Source of the DNA: a virus
UHGV virus genome: UHGV-0015805
DNA length: 64,000 nt
Reading direction: 5' to 3' (one strand)
Below, in pieces: positions 39,495 through 48,586 of this stretch; positions within the stretch are counted from its first letter, which is position 1; each line of letters begins with the position of its first letter. The notes beneath the pieces are model-generated. The model made no database searches and was not told the origin of the DNA. It saw only the letters and a program-made list of their open reading frames with translations. Made by a program: the position numbers and the translations under genes.

Positions 39495-40745
39495 TTTTTT
39501 AAACTATTTTTTTTGAGGTTAATTATATATATTGCCAGTGAAATCCATATGCGATCCGTTGTTGCCCGCGACAACACTTGGAAATTGAGGACGGGTCCTT
39601 GTTCAAGGCACGACCCGCCTCAGCCACGGATTCATAAGTAACTCCCGTTTCGACACACATCAGCTTCTTCCCACCAATGTTAAGATGTGCAATCCGCGAT
39701 TGATCTCGCATCTCCTCTGTCCAAATTCGATTTTTATTATATCTTCTAAGATGCTCTTTTACGCTTTCTGGACATTTGTGCCCTACTCCGTTCCTCTTAC
39801 CTTTCATCCTCTCCGACCTACGACGGCATATTTCTTCCGAAAGCTTCCATGTTTTGCCTTTTACATTTTGGTTGCCCATTATACTTTGGCTTATTTTATT
39901 TCTTGTTTCTTCGGAATGTTTTTTGCCGAACATGTGATTATCTTTCCCGCATTTTATTTGTTCCGGGTGTTCTTTAAAACGTTTTTTAGCTATTTCGCTC
40001 ATTCTCTTCTTGTCTTCTTCTCTGTGACGATATCCTTTTGTGCTTTCTGCTATCGGACATATATTGTATCCGACATCTCTGTCGGCACTATCATAAAAAT
40101 CTATCCAATACTGCTCGCGTTGTGTTAAATTTTCGTGCGATACGCCTCTTTCCAACACTTCAACACTAAAGTTATCAAATCCATACTTTTTAATAGCCAT
40201 GCAGATACGCCTATTTGTATCTTCGCGTAAGTATTGTTTCATACGAGTATAAAAATCCACCGTCTGCCCGACATAAACCTTCCCGTTTATTAGGTTTCGC
40301 CATAAATAAATGCAACTAAAAGAAAATTTCTTTTTATCATTAACCTCAAAAATATTCATGCTATAAAATCCTTCCTGCAATAAAGATTATTATTCAAGAA
40401 CAAATGGGGTAATTTGTTCGTTTGCAGACGAACAAAAACAATTTGCAACTTGCTGTCCCCCATTGTTCTTTTAAGCACAGGTCGCTACTCCTCGTTTCTC
40501 TCGTTTTTTTGAGAGACTGCATGTTTCCATGCAGATAAGACTATATCTTCACTTTGCTTTTATGCAAAGGCATACCACTTCCACAACCAATCGCTTGTTG
40601 TGTACTCCCTTACGGGATAGTCGTTGAACGTTCCTCTATTCAAAGCTTCGCTGCTGATTGCCCAATTTTTATCATTTTCTCGCATATCACACTTAGCCTT
40701 ATTTCATGCTTATGTTGTAGCTGATAAAACTCTAAGGGTGTTCCA
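39495..40745 (-). mobile_element. group I intron in the terminase gene with a GIY-YIG HEG in a 3' extension
   Basis: Q AAUCAGCAGC (plus 40650-40659), R GUUCAACGACUAUCCC (40614-40629), S AAGAUAUAGUCU (40538-40549), P9 GNRA hairpin CUGCAUGgaaaCAUGCAG (40517-40534), P8 CACAACaagcgauugGUUGUG. Confidence 0.55.
39523..40359 (-). CDS. GIY-YIG homing endonuclease (I-TevI/Seg-like) with NUMOD3-type repeats
   Basis: MNIFEVNDKKKFSFSCIYLWRNLINGKVYVGQTVDFYTRMKQYL (GIY...YVG...R motif). GKKHSEETRNKISQS is a NUMOD3-like repeat. RBS AGGAAGGA. Confidence 0.7.
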   Translation of the reverse strand: MNIFEVNDKKKFSFSCIYLWRNLINGKVYVGQTVDFYTRMKQYLREDTNRRICMAIKKYGFDNFSVEVLERGVSHENLTQREQYWIDFYDSADRDVGYNICPIAESTKGYRHREEDKKRMSEIAKKRFKEHPEQIKCGKDNHMFGKKHSEETRNKISQSIMGNQNVKGKTWKLSEEICRRRSERMKGKRNGVGHKCPESVKEHLRRYNKNRIWTEEMRDQSRIAHLNIGGKKLMCVETGVTYESVAEAGRALNKDPSSISKCCRGQQRIAYGFHWQYI

Positions 40746-41594
40746 GCAATTCAATATGTTTAATGCGAACCTTTTCAAATCCGCTTTGGACATTTTCTTC
40801 TTTGCCTTTCGGTAGTCCGCCCATGTTCGGCTTCCTTCTTGAATTGCAGTATAAATGTCCTCTGCCATAGGAATGTACTTCTCGTGCTTTGATGTATAAT
40901 AGCCCTCAACGCATTTTCTGTATTCTCTGATAAACCATTCCCACTCATACCGAGTAGATGAAATATAGCAAGATTTTGCTGCCTTTATCCACCTATCTGT
41001 TTTATACTTAGGGTCAAGTGTAAATGGCGCAGGACGCTCATGCCCCATTGGCTCAAATACTGAGTCAAGAATTGCTTTCTTCAGCAATCGCGTCTCTTCA
41101 TATATCGTAAATGTAGAACGCATACCACGGGCGTTTTCAGAACACACAGCGACCGTTGTCGTTGATTCATTTAATGTGTTCGTTAAGACGAAAACACCCT
41201 CATCAAGCATTTTAACTGTCAAATAGCCCTTCTCATACAAATACTTCAAATATGGCGAATATTTCTTAATGATTTCTTTTATCATCTTATCTCTTACAAG
41301 TCTTGCGGACTGCGGGATAGAAGATGATGTAACAACAATTTCTGAATGCGGATATAAACTCATTGCACAAAATGCAGCAACGCCAACAATAAAAGACTTC
41401 GCCGTTGAACGAGACGAAAAATCCCAATATTCGTCGGCAACGCCGATCATGTGCAATTTCAGCTTCTGCACAGGATATAGCTTAATACCAAGGACCTCTT
41501 CAGCAAATAAGTCCCAATTCCTGCGATAATAAGTTATCCACTTTTTGACATTTTCGGACTTGCGGAATTGTTCGTTTTCTCTTGCGGTCGGCAT
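40710..41594 (-). CDS. terminase large subunit, exon 1 (ATPase domain; last ~15-20 codons are intron read-through)
   Basis: LYPVQKLKLHMI and a P-loop-like SSRSTAKSF. Walker B-like TFTIYEE. AAGGAG RBS. Start overlaps the TerS-like stop. Confidence 0.55.
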   Translation of the reverse strand: MPTARENEQFRKSENVKKWITYYRRNWDLFAEEVLGIKLYPVQKLKLHMIGVADEYWDFSSRSTAKSFIVGVAAFCAMSLYPHSEIVVTSSSIPQSARLVRDKMIKEIIKKYSPYLKYLYEKGYLTVKMLDEGVFVLTNTLNESTTTVAVCSENARGMRSTFTIYEETRLLKKAILDSVFEPMGHERPAPFTLDPKYKTDRWIKAAKSCYISSTRYEWEWFIREYRKCVEGYYTSKHEKYIPMAEDIYTAIQEGSRTWADYRKAKKKMSKADLKRFALNILNCWNTLRVLSATT

Positions 41595-42484
41595 TACAAC
41601 TGCTCCTTAGGAATATTGGGGTAGTTCTTCGTCCCCGCAATCATATTCTGCATTGACCGCATCCAATCATTATATATTTTCTCATAGCCCTTAACATCCT
41701 TATACCGCTCCTCATCCGTCAATTCAGCAGGCTCAGTATTCTCAAATTTCCATGCCAAGTGGTCTATGTATCTATCTTCGTCCGATTTTGTATTGTCTCT
41801 GAAATCATCTATGCGCAACAATTTCATCCATTTCAGGATTTCATCAGTTGTAGATTTTGTTTCTTCGCCCGCTTCGCTTTCTTTCTTAAAGCGCAAATTG
41901 CATTTGCATAAAGACCTATATGCCTTTTCCGCCGAAACAGATATGGCTTCGAGGTCGCGCGTGTAGTCCAAATATTCTCTTTCAAGCCAATCCCAATCAT
42001 CGGCTGTATAATCGCCCCAACGCGCTCTATACTTGTTTGCGTCTGCGAGATGGCGGTCAATATCCTTAACTTCGCCACCAACGCCCGTCTTTATCATGTC
42101 GGACAACATGGCATCTGATTGCCAAAAGCCCTCATATACGCGATTTAAGTTAGCAAGCGAAATCAAGTAGAATGTGATTAAATCACCCGTTTTGTCGTTT
42201 TCATACATTTCAGATGCAGCATACCACGCCTCCAAAATGAACGGAACGCCCATCTGCGCCAAAACAAGCCACAGTGCCGCCATCGGCTTTTCTACCTTAT
42301 CTGTGTAGTCTTTAAGTAATCTTTTGCCACACCTGCGGCACACAAAAAATTGCATGTTGGGAACGGATGTCGTTGAGTAAAAATCGCTTATTGGCTTTCT
42401 TGACCCACAGGCAACGCACAGCCGCACATTCCTGCTATCCGCCCTAATGCTTTTGGTCGGAGCTTTCTTTTTTGCTGTCGGCAC
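41594..42484 (-). CDS. TerS-like DNA-binding protein with N-terminal zinc ribbon (function tentative)
   Basis: CVACGSRK...CRRCGKR. Positioned directly upstream of and coupled to terL. 296 aa is large for a small subunit. Confidence 0.3.
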   Translation of the reverse strand: MPTAKKKAPTKSIRADSRNVRLCVACGSRKPISDFYSTTSVPNMQFFVCRRCGKRLLKDYTDKVEKPMAALWLVLAQMGVPFILEAWYAASEMYENDKTGDLITFYLISLANLNRVYEGFWQSDAMLSDMIKTGVGGEVKDIDRHLADANKYRARWGDYTADDWDWLEREYLDYTRDLEAISVSAEKAYRSLCKCNLRFKKESEAGEETKSTTDEILKWMKLLRIDDFRDNTKSDEDRYIDHLAWKFENTEPAELTDEERYKDVKGYEKIYNDWMRSMQNMIAGTKNYPNIPKEQL

Positions 42485-42546
42485 CGCCCCACCTCCATTT
42501 ATTCAATTGCAAAAGAAAGAAGAGCGAGAAAACCCGCTCTTCAAAC

Positions 42547-43740
42547 TTAATTCAAATAGTATATCTTATTCAATTCTCGTCCAAGCTCGCTGTACAATGC
42601 GAAGTAAGCGCCCGCACGAGAATTCTTTAGAATCTTCTTAGCGTATGTGTCCGTTCCACAAATTGACGGCACACGAATAACTTCGCGGTTTCCAACCGCT
42701 CCGACACCAGCCGCCTTTGTTTCGCTTCTATGCAAGTGTCCTGCATACAGGCAGTCAATCTCAATGTCATACAGATTTTCATAATAATCCATAAGACTTA
42801 CAAGGTCGCCTGTCTCGCCATGAGCGAACAACAAGTTCGACCCATAAAGATTAGTAAAGAAAACATCACCATAAGGCTCAACATTCACGCCATAAACATC
42901 AACAAGCCTCAAATCCATAAAAGCATGAATAACCTTTGCGAGCGATTCTTCTGGAAATTCAGGCGTCTGTGTCAATACTCTTGACACATCATGGTTACCG
43001 GAAATGATGGCGAACCGAATCGGAACGCCAAGCCGCTTATTCGCTTCTACGAGCCACTGGCTCATAAATTCAGCAAACTCAATAGTAGAATCAATAACTC
43101 CATGCCGCAACTTCTGAAGCGAACTCATGCGCAGAATGTTCTCAACGGCATCGCCCGCACTGACCACGAACAACTGGTCGTAATCAAAGCGGTCGTTTTC
43201 CATCATTGCAAGCAAATGCCACATTCGTGTCTTGAACACATCTTTGTCGTACTTATTAACGGTCTCGCCGTAAAGCCCCTTAATTTCAAAGGTCGAATCA
43301 AAATGCTCATCAGAAATAATCAACAGCCCTGTTGTTTCAGCGGGATAGGTATAATCCATGTGAACGGGCTGAATCTTCGGCAACTTGCCAATTGCTTCTT
43401 CAATCTGTTCCGTCAGAAGCTCTTGCCTTGCAACCTTTCTGAAGTATTCTTGGTGCTCGAGATTCGCAGTTTCAATCTTCTTGCGCTCTTTGATTAGTGC
43501 GTCAGTAGCATCTTTGAGTTCGTCAATATGTTCATCAGTTCCTTCAATTACATCATTTCTAACATTTTGAACAAATTGATTAAAGAACACACTGCATCTT
43601 CTTAAATTTTCACGGGCATACATATCGCCGTCGCCAACGACCGCCTCTGCCCATTCATTATAATCAATCAATCCTTCGGAGAGAGCATCTGTAGCTCTCC
43701 CCGCATACTGGATTAACGATTCTCCGTTTTTCCGTTTCAT
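42547..43740 (-). CDS. calcineurin-like metallophosphoesterase (Mre11/SbcD-type fold)
   Basis: Motifs LIISDEHFD (D-x-H), SAGDAVEN (GD), ISGNHD (GNHD), AHGETGD and AGHLH. 397 aa. Confidence 0.55.
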   Translation of the reverse strand: MKRKNGESLIQYAGRATDALSEGLIDYNEWAEAVVGDGDMYARENLRRCSVFFNQFVQNVRNDVIEGTDEHIDELKDATDALIKERKKIETANLEHQEYFRKVARQELLTEQIEEAIGKLPKIQPVHMDYTYPAETTGLLIISDEHFDSTFEIKGLYGETVNKYDKDVFKTRMWHLLAMMENDRFDYDQLFVVSAGDAVENILRMSSLQKLRHGVIDSTIEFAEFMSQWLVEANKRLGVPIRFAIISGNHDVSRVLTQTPEFPEESLAKVIHAFMDLRLVDVYGVNVEPYGDVFFTNLYGSNLLFAHGETGDLVSLMDYYENLYDIEIDCLYAGHLHRSETKAAGVGAVGNREVIRVPSICGTDTYAKKILKNSRAGAYFALYSELGRELNKIYYLN

Positions 43741-43751
43741 TCAACACCTCG

Positions 43752-44006
43752 TTAGTTAGGCTCGTCGTAAGTCAACGCCCGGTCGCTGTCGCTGACGCCC
43801 TGCGTGGTCATATCGACCACAACGCCAAATGCGGACAGAAGAGCGAAAATAGCATTGATAACATCAACCACAGCCGCACTCGCCGTGTCCGTATCATAAT
43901 CAATGCCAAGCGCTCTAAGCACCTGACCGACCAAAAGGAACAGGGCAGGAATAATCGTCAGCCAAAAATACTTATTCTTCAGTCTGACCTTCCAGTTAAT
44001 TTTCAT
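43752..44006 (-). CDS. holin (phiLC3 / Phage_holin_1-like)
   Basis: MKINWKVRLKNKYFWLTIIPALFLLVGQV... with two hydrophobic segments and C-terminus TTQGVSDSDRALTYDEPN, typical of this holin family. RBS AAAGGGG. Confidence 0.5.
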   Translation of the reverse strand: MKINWKVRLKNKYFWLTIIPALFLLVGQVLRALGIDYDTDTASAAVVDVINAIFALLSAFGVVVDMTTQGVSDSDRALTYDEPN

Positions 44007-44169
44007 TTGTATTGAACCCCTTTCTTAAATGCCACAAATGGCATAATTTTTATCGTCCAAAATGGGCTTCTTCCCATAGTGAATACCCTTGTTTTGAACT
44101 GCCTATGTTTGAACATTTATATAATAATTGATTTACGAACTAATTTCAGCCGCGACAAAAACAGAATTT

Positions 44170-46737
44170 TTATTCATCTGCCCTGTCGTGTCGTCTTGCT
44201 ATGTCCCACTTGTTTTTGCACTCGACACAACACACAATTTGCTTGTCTTTGTTGTTGCCCTTTGCTTTGAATCGCCGCCCGCAAATCGGACAAATCTGCC
44301 CAAGGTCTTTTGTATTATTTTTCAAATTTCTTACAATCACATCGCCAAAGCATGCCCACAACATTTTTTTATGACTGTTCGGACGAACAGTGTATAAGTA
44401 TGCAACAAGCGAATTTACAACGAAATCTAAATCCCACCTACACTCATTGAGTATCTGTGTGCGAATTTTTCTGTAAATATACAAATCCTCGTCCGCAGAT
44501 ACATTCTCGGGCACTTCAATTGTTCCAACCCGCATCTGCCAATAATCGTAGGATTTAATTGCTTGGCAATTATCACTTATCATAAATCCCGCATCGACAT
44601 TCATTAGCATGCGATAATCAAGCTGCCCCAAATTTTTATTATACTTTAATCTGCTGGACACAATTGCCGCCGCAATTCTATTCATTGCAGATTGATTGGG
44701 CGGCTCGACCTGTGATTTCTCTGGGTGCTTCGGGTCATACATTTTATCCTTGGCATAAATGAAAAAGTTAGGCAATTTGGATTTTGTGTGCTTCTTGATT
44801 ATCTTGTCGGCAAATTTCGGTCGTGTCAAGAAGAACAGCGTCTTGCTGCCATCAATTCGGAAGTTTGTTTCCATTGTTAGCCATTTGATAGCAAGGTCGG
44901 CTTCTTCCCTGTCCGCTTCATCGTTATTATGGACAATTGTAATTAAATTGCTTATCGGACCTATATTGCCCGATGTGTAAGCAAGCGACATTCCACGGTA
45001 TATTGTTTCAGGCGTTAATTCTCCACCTTGCGCCTTTTTCATTTCGTAGTAAAGCGGAACAACGCCATTCATTGTTCTTTTTGCAACTTTAAGTAGGTTG
45101 GAATCTTTAATTACTAATAATTTGTCACCGTCGCAATCGAACGCCAGCATTTTACTCACAGTGTCATAGCTACTTGTGTAAATGCATTTTGATTGACCCA
45201 ACCACTTATCTAAATATTCGTTTCGCCTGTTTTTCTTAATTGCCCATTCTTTTCCAAGAGACGGCGACCGCAATAACATCAATTCGCTATCAGCGGGAAA
45301 TTGATTTGTATACACATCCCCATCCGCCAACTCATCATATGGGCTTTTCTCGCCCGTCGTCATCCAACGCAAGAACGGAAGTGGATTCGGCGCAACAAAC
45401 AAATATTTGCCATTTACTCTAACCTTGCCCGCCTTTGCCTGCTTAACCAAGCTTTTCTTTGTTTGCCGAAGAATTTCTTTTGAATACTCGTCTCTGAACA
45501 ATTCAGGATAGATGCTTAACGCTTCCTGTAAGCTACTCTTGTCCTTGTTCCAATCGTCGGCACCAAGCAGCCTCATTGTTGTGCGATAATCAATGCCGAT
45601 TTTCTCAATGTCCTCGTTTGACCGTCTCACAAGCCTGTCGATTTCGGGTTGCGTAATAGAAGACAATTGCTGAAGCATCTGATAATTGATTCGAGAGGAC
45701 TTTATGTTTTCCTCTTCCATGTTGCAGTAATTGACTGTGCATCCGTTCTTCTCAAATTCGCCGCAATATTCGTCCCAACTTGAATAGAACTTTTTCAGCT
45801 TCATTTGGCTCAAGCAGAAAATAACCTTAATATTTTCTTCAACAAGATTGTGTTCTTTGCCCCAAGCATCTTTGACAGTCCATTTATCAGGTGGGCACTC
45901 TTCTCTTAGCCACTGTTGCAAAGGAAACTGTGTGAGCAAGCCCTTAATCCATGGTGCCCGGCACATTCTCGTCATCTCGCCATCAACAATACCCCAACCA
46001 TCTGTACACGGGATGTCAACATCCATTGTTTTGCGATTGACCTCATATGTCTCATAATTGATGTAATCAACAAGCGCTGAAAATTTTGTTTCAAAATCAT
46101 CGACAACTATTGCCCGACGAATATCAAAGCCGTCCCATTGGTCCGTGGCAGAATTTGTGAGAGCTGCATAAGCAGCAAATTTATTTGAATTGATGCCACC
46201 CAGCGCATTTATCTTGTCAACCGTCAGCCCACAAAACAATCGCCCCTGAATTCTCTTATAAGAGGATTCTTTTATTGCAATCATCCGCTTTGTGCGAATC
46301 TGCCCTGCCGACGCCGTATAAAATACATATTTCTCACCATTCAATATAAAGCCATTAAAAATTATGCTCTTCAGCACTTGGAAGAAATACACGTTCACCA
46401 TTATCAACTCATCGCTAAGCTGATAATCAGGCATATTCAATGCACGAGTCAATTCAGAATCGAATAGATTGATAACAAATTTGTCTTTCAGACAATTTGG
46501 GTCAACCGTCCTGTGAATGTCCTGCTCCAAAGACCTGTCTAAAAACTCGGTCAATTTTGCCTTGTACTTCTTTATAACGCGGTTTACACACGCTTTTCGC
46601 CATTTCTGCGTGTCGGAATTCCACCTTTTTCTTATTTTGTATAGCTTAACGAGCTTTTTATGAACTTCTTTTTCTTCGGGCGTATATAATGCGTCTGTGC
46701 CGATTGAATAGATGTAATGAAATTTTTCAAGAGGCAC
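44170..46737 (-). CDS. large DxDGD-motif protein with C-terminal zinc ribbon (candidate YonO-like single-subunit RNA polymerase, or primase-like)
   Basis: 855 aa. AFDCDGDKLLVIKD lies in the middle third. C-terminus CPICGRRFKAKGNNKDKQIVCCVECKNKW. Heads the late block. Confidence 0.45.
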   Translation of the reverse strand: MPLEKFHYIYSIGTDALYTPEEKEVHKKLVKLYKIRKRWNSDTQKWRKACVNRVIKKYKAKLTEFLDRSLEQDIHRTVDPNCLKDKFVINLFDSELTRALNMPDYQLSDELIMVNVYFFQVLKSIIFNGFILNGEKYVFYTASAGQIRTKRMIAIKESSYKRIQGRLFCGLTVDKINALGGINSNKFAAYAALTNSATDQWDGFDIRRAIVVDDFETKFSALVDYINYETYEVNRKTMDVDIPCTDGWGIVDGEMTRMCRAPWIKGLLTQFPLQQWLREECPPDKWTVKDAWGKEHNLVEENIKVIFCLSQMKLKKFYSSWDEYCGEFEKNGCTVNYCNMEEENIKSSRINYQMLQQLSSITQPEIDRLVRRSNEDIEKIGIDYRTTMRLLGADDWNKDKSSLQEALSIYPELFRDEYSKEILRQTKKSLVKQAKAGKVRVNGKYLFVAPNPLPFLRWMTTGEKSPYDELADGDVYTNQFPADSELMLLRSPSLGKEWAIKKNRRNEYLDKWLGQSKCIYTSSYDTVSKMLAFDCDGDKLLVIKDSNLLKVAKRTMNGVVPLYYEMKKAQGGELTPETIYRGMSLAYTSGNIGPISNLITIVHNNDEADREEADLAIKWLTMETNFRIDGSKTLFFLTRPKFADKIIKKHTKSKLPNFFIYAKDKMYDPKHPEKSQVEPPNQSAMNRIAAAIVSSRLKYNKNLGQLDYRMLMNVDAGFMISDNCQAIKSYDYWQMRVGTIEVPENVSADEDLYIYRKIRTQILNECRWDLDFVVNSLVAYLYTVRPNSHKKMLWACFGDVIVRNLKNNTKDLGQICPICGRRFKAKGNNKDKQIVCCVECKNKWDIARRHDRADE

Positions 46738-46902
46738 TATCAGCCCTCCTCTGCGTCATACATATCATCGCCCAAATCATCTATAATGTCAAAGTAATCA
46801 AGGTCAAAATCAATTTCTTCTGGTGTTGTTTCAAGCCGCGACCTTCTTGCTCTGAGCCACTCTTCTTCAAATTCAAGCGATTTGTCGGAATAAAACCGCA
46901 TA
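46738..46902 (-). CDS. small acidic protein coupled to the 855-aa gene
   Basis: 54 aa with GGAGGG RBS. Its stop abuts the ATG of the 855-aa gene. DFDLDYFDIIDDLGDDMYDAEEG. Confidence 0.35.
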
Positions 46903-46978
46903 ATACCCTCCTCTCTTGCTTTATATTCTTAGTATGTAGAGGTAATTATAAAAAGTCAATAATTTTTCAAATTTCCTA

Positions 46979-47007
46979 TTGACAAGTTCGCATATTTATG
47001 ATATAAT
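46979..47007 (+). promoter_or_regulatory. consensus sigma70-type promoter TTGACA-17-TATAAT
   Basis: TTGACA at 46979-84, 17-nt spacer, TATAAT at 47002-07. Confidence 0.6.
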
Positions 47008-47036
47008 CATTTTAACGAATGGTTAGGAGAAATAAA

Positions 47037-48179
47037 ATGTTTGGTAAATTAAAAACAGAAAAGGAAATACTTGAGCGCCAAGTCGCTTCGCTTGAATCAA
47101 CGAAAGCAAAACTAAACGCCGAAACCAACGAACTCAACGAACGCCTGAAACTTCTGCGTGATTCAATCGAAACACAAGAAGTTCTGTCAGACTTTGGAAT
47201 TAAGACTATCATACCCAATAATTTATCTTGCTCTGAACTTGAAAGCAAGAAAGCAACCGTCCTAATGCAGATACAAGAACTTGCAGGCAGCGATTATTCC
47301 ACAAGAAAGCTACTTCCTGCAGACGGACTGTGGAGAGTCGACGAGTGTTATACAATCGAAAGCTCAAGAGCAAAAGGCAACGATTTACAAAAAGCTGTTG
47401 CGACCGGATGCCTGTATGCATTTAACGCTTATGTGGAGCAGAAAGAAAAGACTTGCTCTGTCAGTTCTCTTGCGCTTGCGATAAAACATGCAACCGACCG
47501 CTTTAATACTCTACAACGCAAAACAAAAATGGTAGGCGTTTCATTAAACTCAAGATATGCAAGCCTGCGTATTGAACTTATGCGCCTTAATGTCCTTATC
47601 AAAGAACAGGCAAAAGCAGAACGGATTAAACTCAGAGAAGAAAAGCGCCTATTAAAAGAACAGGAACAACTGCTGCTTGAAATTGAAGCCGAAACAAGAA
47701 AGCTCAAAGAAGAACGCCTATCAATGGAACTTGCATATGGTCGCACGCTCAACGACGAAGAGGCAAGAGTCTTAAAGCAAAACATAACCAACATTGACCG
47801 CAGAATTGCAAGCTTGCAGTACAGAGCAAGAAATAAAAAAGCGGGATTTGTGTATGTTATTTCTTCACCGTCCTTGCCCAGAATTCAGAAAATTGGCGTT
47901 ACAAGGAGATTGTCTCCTTATACGCGCGTGCGAGAGCTCAGCTCGTCCTCACTTCCTGAGCCGTTTGCGCTTAATGCTTATTGCTTCTGTGATGATGCAT
48001 TTGACATTGAATCTAAGATGCATGCACATTTCGACTCTAAGCGCGTATCGCCAAACAGAGAATTCTTCTATATCACTGTTGAAGAGGCAGTTGACGCATT
48101 AAAGAACATATACGGACAAGAAGTCCGATATGGAAATAAAGACCTTGAAGAATTGGAGGAAAGCAATGAAAAAATCTGA
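47037..48179 (+). CDS. DUF4041-like coiled-coil / T5orf172 (GIY-YIG-like) domain protein
   Basis: AGGAGA RBS. N-terminal two thirds coiled coil. C-terminus GFVYVISSP...IQKIGVTRRLSPYTRVRELS...PEPF...HAHF...REFF matches the T5orf172 pattern. Confidence 0.55.
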   Translation: MFGKLKTEKEILERQVASLESTKAKLNAETNELNERLKLLRDSIETQEVLSDFGIKTIIPNNLSCSELESKKATVLMQIQELAGSDYSTRKLLPADGLWRVDECYTIESSRAKGNDLQKAVATGCLYAFNAYVEQKEKTCSVSSLALAIKHATDRFNTLQRKTKMVGVSLNSRYASLRIELMRLNVLIKEQAKAERIKLREEKRLLKEQEQLLLEIEAETRKLKEERLSMELAYGRTLNDEEARVLKQNITNIDRRIASLQYRARNKKAGFVYVISSPSLPRIQKIGVTRRLSPYTRVRELSSSSLPEPFALNAYCFCDDAFDIESKMHAHFDSKRVSPNREFFYITVEEAVDALKNIYGQEVRYGNKDLEELEESNEKI

Positions 48180-48426
48180 AACAACCAAACCCAAGGACGA
48201 TATGGTGCAGCATCCATCTCATTACACGCAAGGCGGAATTGAATGTCTTGACGCAATAAAAGCTGCAACCGTAGACAAACAAGGAATTGAAGCCGTCTGT
48301 GTTGCCAATGTAATAAAATATACATGGCGCTTTAAAAAGAAAAACGGGCTACAAGACATTGATAAAGCGCTGTTCTATCTAAAATACCTCAGAAAAGAGG
48401 TGGCAGACCGAACCGGACATAAATAA
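48166..48426 (+). CDS. DUF3310-like phage protein
   Basis: VQHPSHYTQGGIECLDAIKAA matches the DUF3310 signature (HY..G.IE..D.I). GGAGG RBS. Confidence 0.5.
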   Translation: MKKSETTKPKDDMVQHPSHYTQGGIECLDAIKAATVDKQGIEAVCVANVIKYTWRFKKKNGLQDIDKALFYLKYLRKEVADRTGHK

Positions 48427-48436
48427 AATCGAAATT

Positions 48437-48477
48437 AAAGCCGTTGGACTTAACTGGTCTGACGGCTTATTTTTTTG
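48437..48477 (+). terminator. intrinsic terminator
   Basis: AAAGCCGU...ACGGCUU stem followed by UUUUUUU. Confidence 0.5.
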
Positions 48478-48586
48478 TGCATAGCCGTAAATGCCATTAT
48501 TTTTCGATTTGAGAACATTTGTTTATCGGGTATATACTTACTATCCCTATACTGTTTAATCGCCGTGTTGGCAAATTTTTTGGCAC

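Noticed and set aside
39495-40745. TerL halves as two independent genes separated by a free-standing GIY-YIG HEG, without an intron
   Set aside because: Ordered Q, R, P8, S and P9 elements, and a 5' block shared with another intron, make a self-splicing intron the better explanation. Exact splice sites could not be fixed by eye, so the alternative is not fully excluded.
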